A stretch of DNA of 64,000 bases. Origin: Eledone cirrhosa (lineage: Eukaryota). This document shows positions 51,694 to 64,000 of this stretch, one piece after another; position 1 is the first letter of the stretch; the number at the start of each line of letters is the position of its first letter. Both the position numbers and the translations under genes were made by a program. The notes under the pieces are model-generated. The model was not told the DNA's origin. It ran no database searches and saw only the letters and a list, made by a program, of their open reading frames with translations. Location of the stretch: NCBI GenBank assembly GCA_964016885.1, contig CAXHJY010000165.1, positions 9,614 to 73,613 of the forward strand. The letters are read 5' to 3'.

Positions 51694-52253
51694 TTAAAAC
51701 ACCAAGGAATCTTCCTATGAGATACCTCATAGGAGGCCAGCTAAACCTGAATTTCTGTGTAAGCTGTAACAGCAACAGCAACATACATAAGTGTGTGTAT
51801 GTTAGGACAGGGCCTCTTATCATTACAATACTCTAGAAACCTTATATGAGATACTTTATAAAAGGCAAATTAAACCTGAATATAGTTGAGATCTGTAACA
51901 AGACACATATTGAAGGGACATGGAAATGTAGCAGGAGTTGCGTCCCTTGTTGTGACACTCACATCATCAATAGAGTAATGCTCTCTAGACAGGAAGTGGC
52001 TGGAGTTGCTTCCCGTTGGAGTGATAGCCCTTTTTATCACTTCTGGCAGAACCCATATCCTGCTATAGAAAGGATTAGTTTAGGAGTGAGAGGCCCATGG
52101 TCCTTGTAAAGACATCATCCTAGGAGAATGAAGACTGATGTAAAACCTGCGACTTGTTGTCCTGTTTTTGTTTTGCAAGACCTGCCTACACGCAAATTGT
52201 AAATAATATATAATAAATAAAATCGTTAATTTATATATAATAAATAATATAAC

Positions 52254-52532
52254 ACCGCAAGGTGGTTGTGGAGGTGCCACAGCAAAGAAGCACCCAGCCC
52301 ACACTGTAAAGTGGATGTGTAGGCGCCACGAAAAAGCACCCAGCACTCACTGTAAATGAGGTTGGTGTTAGGAAGGGCATCCGGCTGTAGAAATCAAGCC
52401 AAATCAGTTCCTGTATGAGCAAGGCATGGTCAGCCGACCAGGCACTGCCCACAACAGGACAACCCGTCTAACCCATGCTAGCTTGGAAGAATGGACGTAA
52501 AATGGTGATGATGATGATGATGATGATGATGA
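52254..52532 (+). mobile_element. RTE family B, 3'UTR fragment
   Basis: Near-identical to 58006-58275. Confidence 0.85.
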
Positions 52533-53007
52533 TAACAATCACTATGTATAAATAAATATTATATATTTTTTATTTTACTATCTTTATATATAATGTGTAT
52601 CATTTGATATTTAATATACTATTATATCAAGATGGTAAATTGGCAGCCGCCTCGAACGACATGCCGACCAGAACTCGTCCGCCCCGCCTGCACGTTAACG
52701 CCCGCCCTCCCCTCCGATGCGTGTTCCGCCGTTAAGGCGTGCCGAGTTGGCCGCCTCCGACCCGTGTGGCTGCAGGGGAATCCAGCCGATGACGACGCCC
52801 GAACGGCGGCGGTGTGGTGTAGCCTCGTCAACGTGACGACAACACGCAATGTCAGATAAAAATGCTTAATGGTATTCATACCGGCTCTCTTCTCTCTGAG
52901 TTCAAATCCCGCTGAGGTCAACTTTGAGGTCGATAAGAAAAGTACCAGTCTAGTACTGGGGTCGATTCTTCCTTCATATCTCTTTCTCATTTTCTCTCTC
53001 TCAGTTT

Positions 53008-54485
53008 CTATCTTTTTTCTGGAAGAAATCTGCTGTAGTGAGTCCTGGAGAGGGATGGGCTCCGTCTATCTTTCTCTGGAAGAAATCTGCTGTAGTGAGT
53101 CCTGGAGAGGGATGGGCTCCGTCTATCTTTCTCCGGAAGAAATCTGCTGTAGTGAGTCCTGGAGAGGGATGGGCTCCGTCTATCTTTCTCTGGAAGAAAT
53201 CTGCTGTACTCAGTCCTGGAGAGGGATGGGCTCCGTCTATCTTTCTCTGGAAGAAATCTGCTGTACTCAGGCCTGGAGAGGGATGGGCTCCGTCTATCTT
53301 TTTCTGGAAGAAATCTGCTGTAGTGAGTCCTGGAGAGGGATGGGCTCCGTCTATCTTTTTCTGGAAGAAATCTGCTGTAGTGAGTCCTGGAGAGGGATGG
53401 GCTCCGTCTATCTTTCTCTGGAAGAAATCTGCTGTACTCAGTCCTGGGGAGGGATGGGCTCCGTCTATCTTTCTCTGGAAGAAATCTGCTGTAGTGAGTC
53501 CTGGAGAGGGATGGGCTCCGTCTATCTTTCTCTGGAAGAAATCTGCTGTACTCAGGCCTGGAGAGGGATGGGCTCCGTCTATCTTTCTCTGGAAGAAATC
53601 TGCTGTAGTGAGTCATGGAGAGGGATGGGCTCCGTCTATCTTTCTCTGGAAGAAATCTGCTGTACTCAGTCCTGGGGAGGGATGGGCTCCGTCTATCTTT
53701 CTCTGGAAGAAATCTGTTGTACTCAGGCCTGGAGAGGGATGGGCTCCGTCTATCTTTCTCTGGAAGAAATCTGCTGTACTCAGTCCTGGGGAGGGATGGG
53801 CTCCGTCTATCTTTCTCTGGAAGAAATCTGCTGTAGTGAGTCCTGGAGAGGGATGGGCTCCGTCTATCTTTCTCTGGAAGAAATCTGCTGTACTCAGTCC
53901 TGGGGAGGGATGGGCTCCGTCTATCTTTCTCTGGAAGAAATCTGCTGTAGTGAGTCCTGGAGAGGGATGGGCTCCGTCTATCTTTCTCTGGAAGAAATCT
54001 GCTGTACTCAGGCCTGGAGAGGGATGGGCTCCGTCTATCTTTCTCTGGAAGAAATCTGCTGTAGTGAGTCATGGAGAGGGATGGGCTCCGTCTATCTTTC
54101 TCTGGAAGAAATCTGCTGTACTCAGTCCTGGGGAGGGATGGGCTCCGTCTATCTTTCTCTGGAAGAAATCTGCTGTACTCAGGCCTGGGGAGGGATGGGC
54201 TCCGTCTATCTTTCTCTGGAAGAAATCTGCTGTACTCAGTCCTGGAGAGGGATGGGCTCCGTCTATCTTTCTCTGGAAGAAATCTGCTGTACTCAGGCCT
54301 GGAGGGGGATGGGCTCCGTCTATCTTTCTCTGGAAGAAATCTGCTGTACTCAGTCCTGGGGAGGGATGGGCTCCGTCTATCTTTCTCTGGAAGAAATCTG
54401 TTGTACTCAGGCCTGGAGAGGGATGGGCTCCGTCTATCTTTCTCTGGAAGAAATCTGCTGTACTCAGGCCTGGAAAGGGATGGGC
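53008..54485. repeat. 57-bp minisatellite, 26 copies
   Basis: Unit ctatctttctctggaagaaatctgctgtactcagtcctggagagggatgggctccgt; 26 EEICC motifs in the ORF track. Confidence 0.97.
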
Positions 54486-54929
54486 CCCGCCAGGCTTAAA
54501 GGTGCCCAAGAAACGTTGTATCTCAATATGGCACCCCTACAACTCTATCAGGAGTTATGGCACCATACATACATACTACCATATCATCTCTACTGCTCCC
54601 CATCATCACCCTCTTATATGCCAGTGCCATCTGGACCTTCTCAGCAGCCCCTGGGGAGGCAGTAGTATCTACTTTGAGAACCTCTGATTTAGAAGAACTG
54701 AGAAATTTTGTCTGAAAGTTTCTGATTACTTTTAAAGAAAAAGAAACCAAAGTAAACCAAACAAAATGAAGAACTGGAAATGTGTTGAGATAAATGAATG
54801 TCAACGTAACTTGGATGATACAATTGTGGATAAATGATGGCCACAGTTTCTATTACTATGTAGCATGATCTCTTTCTATCACTATCATGGTCTGGGGTAG
54901 TATTAGGATGATGATGTTGATGTTGATAG

Positions 54930-55900
54930 TGGTGATGAGATGGGATTAGTGATGGTGATGATGGTGGTGATGATGATGGCAGTGGTGATGGGATGGCATT
55001 AGTGATGGTGATGATGGTGATGATGATGATGGCAGTGGTGATGGGATGGCATTAGTGATGGTGATGATGGTGATGATGGTGATGATGATGATGGCAGTGG
55101 TGATGGGATGGCATTAGTGATGGTGATGATGGTGATGATGGTGATGATGATGATGGCAGTGGTGATGGGATGGCATTAGTGATGGTGATGATGGTGATGA
55201 TGGTGATGATGATGATGATGGCAGTGGTGATGGGATGGCATTAGTGATGGTGATGATGGTGATGATGGTGATGATGATGATGATGGCAGTGGTGATGGGA
55301 TAGCATTAGTGATGGTGATGATGGTGATGATGGTGATGATGATGATGATGGCAGTGGTGATGGGATAGCATTAGTGATGGTGATGATGGTGATGATGGTG
55401 ATGATGATGATGATGGCAGTGGTGATGGGATAGCATTAGTGATGGTGATGATGGTGATGATGGTGATGATGGTGATGATGGTGATGATGGTGATGATGAT
55501 GATGGCAGTGGTGATGGGATGGCATTAGTGATGGTGATGATGGTGATGATGGTGATGATGATGATGGCAGTGGTGATGGGATGGCATTAGTGATGGTGAT
55601 GATGGTGATGATGGTGATGATGATGATGGCAGTGGTGATGGGATGGCATTAGTGATGGTGATGATGGTGATGATGGTGATGATGATGATGGCAGTGGTGA
55701 TGGGATGGCATTAGTGATGGTGATGATGATGGTGATGATGATGGCAGTGGTGATGGGATGGCATTAGTGATGGTGATGATGATAATGTTGATGATGATGA
55801 CAGTGATGATGATGTTGATGATGACAGTGACGATGACACTGATGATGATGATGACAATGACAATTACATTGGCAATGATGAAGACTACAATGATGATGAT
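54930..55900. repeat. (GAT/GGT)-based minisatellite with a fixed ggcagtggtgatgggatggcattagt core
   Basis: Unit length varies with the number of GAT triplets. Confidence 0.9.
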
Positions 55901-57253
55901 TATAAAAGTGATGACAAATGTGAAAATGACTTATTGGCCATCACCATTTTATTATTTACTGTACAGAAGTAGTAGTAGTTGTGTAGTAGTAGTAGTAGTA
56001 GTTGTAGTAGTAAAGTATGTATGTATGTAGTAGTAGTAAAGTCTGTATGTAGTAATAGTAGTAAAGTCTGTATGTAGTAATAGTAGTAAAGTCTGTATTT
56101 AGTAGTAGTAGTAGTACTAAAATCTGTATATAGCAGTAGTACTAGTAGTATTAAATTCTGTATATAGTAGTAGTAGTACTAAAGTCTGTATATAGTAGCA
56201 GTAGTAATAGTACTAGTAGTATTAAAGTCTGTATATATATTTCTCCATTTCAGGCCAACAAAGATAACAAAATGCAAAGCTGAAACAAATTGTAGCTTAA
56301 CTTAACTTAACTCTAATCCTATTCTCAGACACATCTGAATGGGAAACATTCATTAGACTGTAAACTGCATATATATACCCTCAATACACCTCCCCAACCA
56401 TCATATAACAATTCTCCAACCATCATATAACATTCCCCAACCCTCATACAACCCTCTACTACCTTCATATAACCCTCCACACCTTTCATATACCTTCATA
56501 TAACCCTTCCCCAGCCACCATCTTCCCTTTTTATATTTCATTATGTAATCATGCTAACATTTCTGCTTGAACAACCAACATTATCTTCGAAGATTTTCAA
56601 TTGAAAATAAATCAATTTTGTCTGCACCATTCTCTAGCATAGCCCCATTCTCTCACACTGTTGTAGCATATCTCAAAGGGATTTTAATTTCTAACAAGTC
56701 CTAGTGAAGGTACATGGCTTAGTGGTGTTGGATATATGATCATAACATCATGGGTTTCAATTCCTCGACCAAATGGCATGTGTTCTTGAGCAAGATGCTT
56801 CATGTCACATTGTGTTTTCATAATCGGGCTGGGGCCCCTATCATTCAAATACCTAAAACAACGTCCTATGAGATGCAATTAACTGCATGAAAGACCAGCT
56901 GGACTTGCATTGATGTAGGCTGTAAATTTCAATATATTTTTCAAGTCCTCATTGCACACTGCTTAGTTTAAAACCACCAACCTTATTGTTATGAGTTTAT
57001 AAAAGAGGTGATACTTCAAAATATTTGCTTTGTCTGCTAGAGATAACAACCAAATCTTCCTCGAATCCCATTCTGTCAACTTATGAAATGAAAAATTTAT
57101 AAGTTTAACATCCATTTTCCTCACTATCTTGGGTTAAATGCGATAAATTGTTTTGTAAGACAAGTCAGATGAAATGACTGTCTTATTAAGACAGAATTGT
57201 TTTTGACTTGGTTTCTATAGCTGGATGCCCTTCCTAATTCCAACCACATTTAC

Positions 57254-57976
57254 AAGAGATGTAGCGGGATCTCAGGAAGCTTAATTAAGAATGTAGGATT
57301 CACATGCAGCAGCTGTGCTGAAACAGCAAGCAAACAGCCACAGGAAACAAGTACCACCAATCTCTGGGAGGGCCCTGTAGAAACAGTAGACAGCTTCTGC
57401 TACCTAGGTGACCGAATTAGCAACGGAGGTGGGTGCTCAGAAAGTACAATAACTAGGGTAAGAACGGGATGGAAGAAGTTTAGGGAACTACTACCACTGC
57501 TAGCTGCAAAAGGCTTCTCCCTCAGAATGAAAGGCAGACTGTATGATGCGTGTATCCGAACAGCGATGTTGCATGGTAGTGAGACCTGGGCGCTGAAGGT
57601 GGAAGACTTACGTAGATTAGAGAGAAACGAAGCCTGCATGCTCCGATGGATGTGTAACAGTAATATACGTGAACGACAAAGCATAAATGAATTGAGAGAG
57701 AGACTGGGCATAAGAGGAATCAAATGCTGCGTGCAGGAGAGGCGGTTACGCTGGTATGGACATGTGATGCGTATGAAGGATGACAGCTGCATAAAAAGGT
57801 GCAGAGCACTAGAAGTTGATGGAAACCGCGGAGTGGGGAGACCCAAGATGACTTGGGATGAGGTGATAAAAGCCGACCTTACCCAACTACACCTCTCAAA
57901 GTCAATGACACACGACCGTGACTTCTGGCGTCACGCAGTAATACAGGGTACCCGACCTCCCATGGGTACATGCTGA
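57254..57976 (+). CDS. RTE RT C-terminal fragment, family B
   Basis: Frame is open upstream of the listed ATG: [44 protein letters not shown]. Confidence 0.9.
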   Translation, partial: KRCSGISGSLIKNVGFTCSSCAETASKQPQETSTTNLWEGPVETVDSFCYLGDRISNGGGCSESTITRVRTGWKKFRELLPLLAAKGFSLRMKGRLYDACIRTAMLHGSETWALKVEDLRRLERNEACMLRWMCNSNIRERQSINELRERLGIRGIKCCVQERRLRWYGHVMRMKDDSCIKRCRALEVDGNRGVGRPKMTWDEVIKADLTQLHLSKSMTHDRDFWRHAVIQGTRPPMGTC

Positions 57977-58276
57977 AGCATATAAACAATATGCCCCCCC
58001 CCCCCACCGCAAGGTGGTCGTGGAGGTGCCACGGCAAAAAAGCACCCAGCCCACACTGTAAAGTGGACGTGTAGGCGCCACGAAAAAGCACCCAGCACTC
58101 ACTGTAAATGAGGTTGGTGTTAGGAAGGGCATCCAGCTGTAGAAATCAAGCCAGATCAGTTCCTGTATGAGCAAGGCATGGTCAGCCGACCAGACACTGC
58201 CCACAACAGGACAACCCGTCTAACCCATGCTAGCGTGGAAGAACGGACGTAAAACGGTGATGATGATGATGATGAT
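57254..58276 (+). mobile_element. 5'-truncated RTE family B inserted into an older minus-strand repeat
   Basis: atttaca duplicated at 57248-57254 and 58275-58281; (GAT)n tail. Confidence 0.9.
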
Positions 58277-59639
58277 TTACAGTATGGACTGGGTGCTTTT
58301 TATAGGGGAAGGGGAACAGGTGGTTTCTGTTGTGTCACCAACACGACCATTTTACAGGGTAGACTGGGCCAATTATTGTTTTAACTTTTAACATTCTATA
58401 ATGATTTAGCAGAAAATATCGCAGAATAGATTTGTGAAATTCAAATGTTTCTAGTATTGCTGGTCAGATCATTGTCAAAATTTGAAGTGAGTAAAAGTAA
58501 AGACTTGAATTTTTTAATGTGATTCAGTGATAGTGTTGTTTTGAACTTTTCAAGGATATCTTGCAAATGTGGTTTCATAGAGTACAGGATGCTGAGTGTT
58601 AAACAAAAATAGAATGATCACCCGTCTTGTCTTACAATGGGACAACTCCTCTAACCCATGCTAGTGTAGAAAAATTCATGTTAAATGGTGGTGATGATAT
58701 GATTGGATTGGATTCTGAAGTTTCCCTTTTGCAAAAGGTTCTCACAATGCATTGGTTAATCTGAGACTGCAGTAGTAGAAGACAATTATCTAAAGTGTTA
58801 CGCAGTGGAACTGAACCCCAAACATATAACTATGCAGTTGTGAAATGAACTCCTGCCTGCTTGCACCTTCTTGTTCATATAGAATTACATAAAAATAAGC
58901 CTACACACACTCACAGAGAGAGTGGGAGGGAGAGAGAGAGAGATCACAAGTTTAATGAATTTAGAAGAATATTTATAAATCCAGCTTATGGCAAGATTTT
59001 TCCATGTTTAAATGAAAGTTTGAAGAGATAATTGTGATTAATACTATCATGCCAATATTTCTGAGATAATCTTTCCCTTCCAGAAAACATTGTTTATTTA
59101 TACATAGTTGAGATGTCTCATAGTTGTATAATGTCAGGTGAGGAGTTAACCAGGGTCACTCAAATTAACTCAGACTATGATGAAAGGTCAGATAGTAGGG
59201 GAGGAGAGGTCAACGTTTATTAAATGCTATAAAGGATCCAATACAAATTACTTGAACAACCAATGTAAGGCATTGCTTCAAGTTCTTTCAACTCTTGCCA
59301 AGCTTATTTCTATTTATTGCATTCCATCTCTCCCTTGCCTAAAGAGAAGAATTGATCGTTATTACACACCTTGGCCAGTAAAATGGCAGGGTTGTTAGAA
59401 CGATTGATAGAAAGTTTTGTGGTCTGAGAGTTCCAGGTCTTAGAACACTTAAGTTCGAATCCCACTGAGGTAAACCTATATTTTCATCATTTTAAAGTTT
59501 ATATATAAAATACCTTGCCTTTCATCATTTCGAGGTTGATAAAAAAAAGTACCAGTCAAGTACAGAGATGATAATGATGATGATATGTGTGTGAATATAT
59601 ATATATGTATGTGTGTGTGTATATATATATATGTATGTG

Positions 59640-59698
<59 letters not shown>

Positions 59699-59913
59699 GT
59701 GTATATATATATATATTTATATATATGTATGTCTGTGTGTGTATATATATATATATTTATATATATGTATGTATGTGTGTGTATATATGTATATTTATGT
59801 ATATATATATATGTGTATGTATATATATTTATGTATATATATATATATATGTGTATATGTATGTATATATATATGTGTATATATATATATATATATGTAT
59901 GTATATATATATA

Positions 59914-60556
59914 TGAACTAAGGAAAAAATTAGAGATAAGAGGGATCAGATGTTGTTTACTCGAGAGAAGGCTGCGTTGGTATGGACACGTGATGCGCAT
60001 GAAAGTCGATAGCTGTATTACAAAGTGCAGGGCAATAAAGATAGACGGTAGCCACGGAATAGGCAGACCTAGAAAAACATGGGATGAGCTGATAAACTCC
60101 GACCTCACACACTTACACCTCTCCAAGACAATGTCACTGGACCGTGACCTTTGGCGGTACTCAGTAACAGAGAAGACCCGCCTTGCCAGTAGGCATCTCT
60201 AACAAAATACACCCCTCCCGCCGCCACCCCCACCCCATCCACACCACCCCGTTCTATGTAAAGTTATGTTGGTGCCGCGCCATCCAGGCCGAAACAAATG
60301 AGATCGTGTAGGTGTCACGACAAAAAAACACACAGTCCACGCTGTAATGTGGCCGTGTAGGCAACACGGTAAAAACCTCCCAGACCCACACTGTAAATGT
60401 GGTTGGTGTTAGGAAGGGCATCCAACTGTAGAAAACCTGCCAGACAGTCCTATGCGAGCAAGACAATCACTCTTGCCTCAAGTGGGACTACCCCCGTCCA
60501 AACCCATGCAAGCGTGGAACACGGACGTTAAACGTTGATGATGATGATGATGATGA
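59914..60556 (+). mobile_element. RTE family C, truncated copy
   Basis: [26 protein letters not shown] begins directly after (TA)n; 3'UTR and (GAT)n tail. Confidence 0.9.
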
Positions 60557-60598
60557 TATATATATATGTATATATATATATATATGTATATATATATG

Positions 60599-60629
<31 letters not shown>

Positions 60630-60765
60630 GTATATATATATATGTATGTATATATATATATGTATGTATATATATATATGTATGTATATATATAAGTGTA
60701 TGTATAAATATATGTGTATGTATAAATATATATATATATACATATATATATATACATAAATATAC

Positions 60766-61732
60766 ATTAGCCGCTAGAGGGTTCTCCCTAAAAATGAAAG
60801 GCAGGTTATACGATGCCTGCATACGAACAGCAATGCTGCATGGCAGTGAGACCTGGGCATTGTGTGCAGAGGATATACGCAGACTAGAGAGGAACGAAGC
60901 TTGCATGCTCCGCTGGATGTGCAATAGTGAATGGCAAAGCATAAACGAACTAAGGAAAAAATTAGAAATAAGAGGGATCAGATGTTGTTTACTCGAGAGA
61001 AGGCTACGTTGGTACGGTCACGTGATGCGCATGAAAGACGACAGCTGTATAACAAAGTGCAGGGCAATAAAGATAGACGGTAGCCACGGAGTAGGCAGAC
61101 CCAGAAAAACATGGGACGAGCTGATAAATTCCGACCTCACACGCTTACACCTCTCCAAGACAATGTCACTGGACCGAGACCTTTGGCGGTACTCAGTAAT
61201 AGAGAAGACCCGCCTTACCTAAATACAAAGTAAAAACCTACTACAGTCAGTAGGCATCTCTATCAAAACACCCCCCCCGTCCCACCACCTCCACCCCATC
61301 CACACCGCCCCTTTCAGTGTACAGTTATGTTGGTCCCACAACATCCAGGCCGAAACAAATGAGATCATGTAGGTGTCACGACAAAAAAACACACAGTCCA
61401 CGCTGTAAATGTGGCCGTGTAGGCAACACGGTAAAAACCTCCCAGCCCCACACTGTAAATGTGGTTGGTGTTAGGAAGGGCATCCAGCTGTAGAAAACCC
61501 GCCAGACAGTCCACGCTGTAATGTGGCCGTGTAGGCAACACGGTAAAAACCTCCCAGCCCCACACTGTAAATGTGGTTGGTGTTAGGAAGGGCATCCAAC
61601 TGTAGAAAACCCGCCAGACAGTCCTATGCGAGCAAGACAACCACTCTTGCCTCAAGTGGGAAAACCCCCGTCCAAACCCATGCAAGCGTGGAACACGGAC
61701 GCTAAACCTGATGATGATGATGATGATGATGA
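60766..61732 (+). mobile_element. RTE family C, truncated copy (ORF fragment to 61222; 3'UTR with a duplicated 113-bp module)
   Basis: [25 protein letters not shown]; cagtcc at 61394, 61507 and 61619. Confidence 0.92.
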
Positions 61733-62116
61733 TATGTGTATGTATATATATATATGTATGTATATATATATTTATGTATATATATGTATGTATATATATA
61801 TGTGTATGTATATATATGTGTATATGTATGTATATATATATGTGTATGTATATATATATATGTGTATGTATGTATATAAGTATATGTATGTATACATATA
61901 TATATGTATATATATATATATATATACACATAGGAAAAAGTATCACCCCGATGGAAAAAGTATGACCCCATCGAAACTGCTTGAGCTCTGCCGTCGGGGT
62001 CATACTTTTTGCTATTTCCCACTCTACTCCCCTAAGTATTGAAGTATTGAGTACTCTATGCTGTTACACATGTCGCAACACTGACTTCGACTCTTTTAAT
62101 TATATATATATAGAGA

Positions 62117-62192
62117 GAGAGATGCTGTGCTGAATAAGACCCGTCCTACCCTTGCAAGCAGGGAAAAGCGGACGTAAAATGATGATGATGAT
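62117..62192 (+). mobile_element. RTE family A, extreme 3' fragment
   Basis: Matches 9062-9135. Confidence 0.85.
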
Positions 62193-62200
62193 ATATATAT

Positions 62201-62770
62201 ATACGATATATTAACAAATGGAAACTATATTTATAAAACCATATTTATTTCATTATACATATTTCAAGGACACCAAGTTAAATTATGGTGTGCTTTCATC
62301 AGATAAAATATAATATAGATCAGTTTTATAAATAAATATTGACATACCTTTAAAGAATGCGACCATTTCTGTTGGAAGCTTCCGGATAGTGGGGTTATAA
62401 ATTTATTTATACTATTATGCAAATTAGTGTCGGATATTTTTAAATCACAGTAGATTTAAAATAAGCCGTTGGGGTATGGAGAGAGGGAAAGAGAAAAAAG
62501 GAGCTTCCAACAGAAATGGTCGCATTTTTTAAGGGTTATGTCAATATTTATTTATAAAACTGATCTATATTATATTTTATCTGATGAAAGCACATCATAA
62601 TTTAACTTGGTGTCCTTGAAATATGTATAATGAAATAAATATGGTCTTATAAATATAGTTTCCATTTGTTAATATATCGTATTTTTACTCCAATGATTTG
62701 TTGAGTGCTTTATATCAGTTATAAAAATATTTGCTTGTTGTATCCCAACAATCTAAATAGAACTTCTACA
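62201..62770. mobile_element. HH-A fold-back with hammerheads at 62246-62310(-) and 62573-62637(+)
   Basis: Arms 62201-62380 and 62502-62770; CTGATGA at 62581; GAAA-tatgta-TA. Confidence 0.85.
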
Positions 62771-63869
62771 TATATATATGGGAGTGGATGTGTATTTGTA
62801 TGAAAGTGTGTCTCTGTATTGAATTTGGACAACGATACAAAAGCCATTTTTAAAGATTTTGTGCTATTACAGTCAGGGTTGACTGACTCTGTCAAATATT
62901 TGACATGTAATAATGGATAATCTTTGGAATAATATAAACATGAGGTTCACAAAAACAATTGCATTTCGTTATGCACCAGTAACATTTACATTTAGCGTTG
63001 TTGAGCATGAATTTAGACATATGTTGACAGGTCGAAATTAATTCAAACTATTCACATTTGTCAGGTGGACGGTCTTCTCTGATGAGATATTTATATGTAA
63101 CCAAACTTACGTTATGACAATTATTAGAGAATTGATTCAAGCTATCTACTCTTCTCTATGGCATATTAACCAGATATGTAACCAAAGTCAGAAAATACTT
63201 CAACCTCTAAAAACTTTCTGAGCATCTATTAAGTTCTCTTGGACCCAAGTAAGACCACACAATAAAGTAATACTGCTCTCACATCGTGGGAGGGGCTGCT
63301 GCTGCCACAACACAAATATCGCAGACCACATCCAGAAAAAAGGGCCACTCATCTGATTGGAATAAAACCACCACTGACAGTCATACTCCAGCCTCTGACC
63401 AACATATTCTGACACCTCTCTACTACAATATATTCTGCTCCTTGAAGCTGGCTGCTGACCTAGTGGTAAGGGTGTTGGACTTACAATCATAATGTGTTCT
63501 TGAACAAACCACTTCATTTCATGTTGTTCTAGTACACCCAGCTGAAAATGAGTACCAGCAATGGCTGGGGGATTAAGCCTCTTATGGGCTGGTGTCCTGT
63601 CTAGCAAGGAGTCTTGTACTATCAGTCACTTAACACCATGGAAACCAGGATAAGCACCAGTCTAATGAACTCCTAGGCTTGAGACAGTCATCTCCCTTCC
63701 TCTCATCTCCCATGGTGTATTGAGAAGCCACAGATGCCGCACTAACCATTTTCCACAGTCCTTCCTCCTCAGAATGTTGTCCCTCTGGAATTCTACACCT
63801 GTCTATCTTGCTGATTTCTTATGAATTAAACAGTTCTAGTCCTGTAGAAGTCCTGCTTCGAAAGATCGA

Positions 63870-63964
63870 GACATATCTGAGGATCTTGCGATTTCAGAGT
63901 CAGGTTCGATCATCCCATCGATCATGCTTCGAGCTGGTCGCCAGAGAAATGATTGTAATATGTC
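63870..63964 (+). ncRNA. Type I hammerhead motif with a long stem II
   Basis: gacatat-CTGAGGA-tcttgcgatt...ggtcgccaga-GAAA-tgattg-TA-atatgtc; 7-bp perfect stem I. Confidence 0.75.
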
Positions 63965-64000
63965 TAATAAATTTTAATTCATCGTACCACTGATTCTCCG

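Noticed and set aside
52869-54687. 598-aa and 549-aa repeat ORFs
   Set aside because: 57-bp tandem unit open in several frames; the N-terminus is SINE-derived; no recognisable domain

Overview
AT-rich, repeat-saturated animal genomic DNA. It is probably an octopod cephalopod, inferred from the SINE types, the RTE LINEs and the very long (TA)n tracts. I found no convincing host protein-coding gene, and nearly all listed ORFs are microsatellite or minisatellite artefacts. Real coding sequence is limited to 5'-truncated RTE-clade LINEs: three young families (my labels A, B, C) and one old relic. The window also holds two large tRNA-derived SINE groups, hAT, piggyBac-like and mariner-like MITEs, a non-autonomous Helitron and many tandem repeats. 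The most notable signal, which the ORF track does not show, is about 15 minimal type-I hammerhead ribozyme motifs (stem I-CUGANGA-stem II-GAAA-palindromic mini stem III-UH-stem I). They belong to several sequence families, show base-pair covariation, and sit in short non-coding, often fold-back elements that abut (TA)n tracts. This resembles a non-autonomous Penelope-like (PLE) or retrozyme-like population. A second notable signal is modular exchange between SINEs and RTE LINEs: one SINE has the body of the RTE-B 3'UTR but the tail of RTE-A. All structures and alignments were made by eye, coordinates may be off by a few bases, and family names are from recall and need database confirmation.
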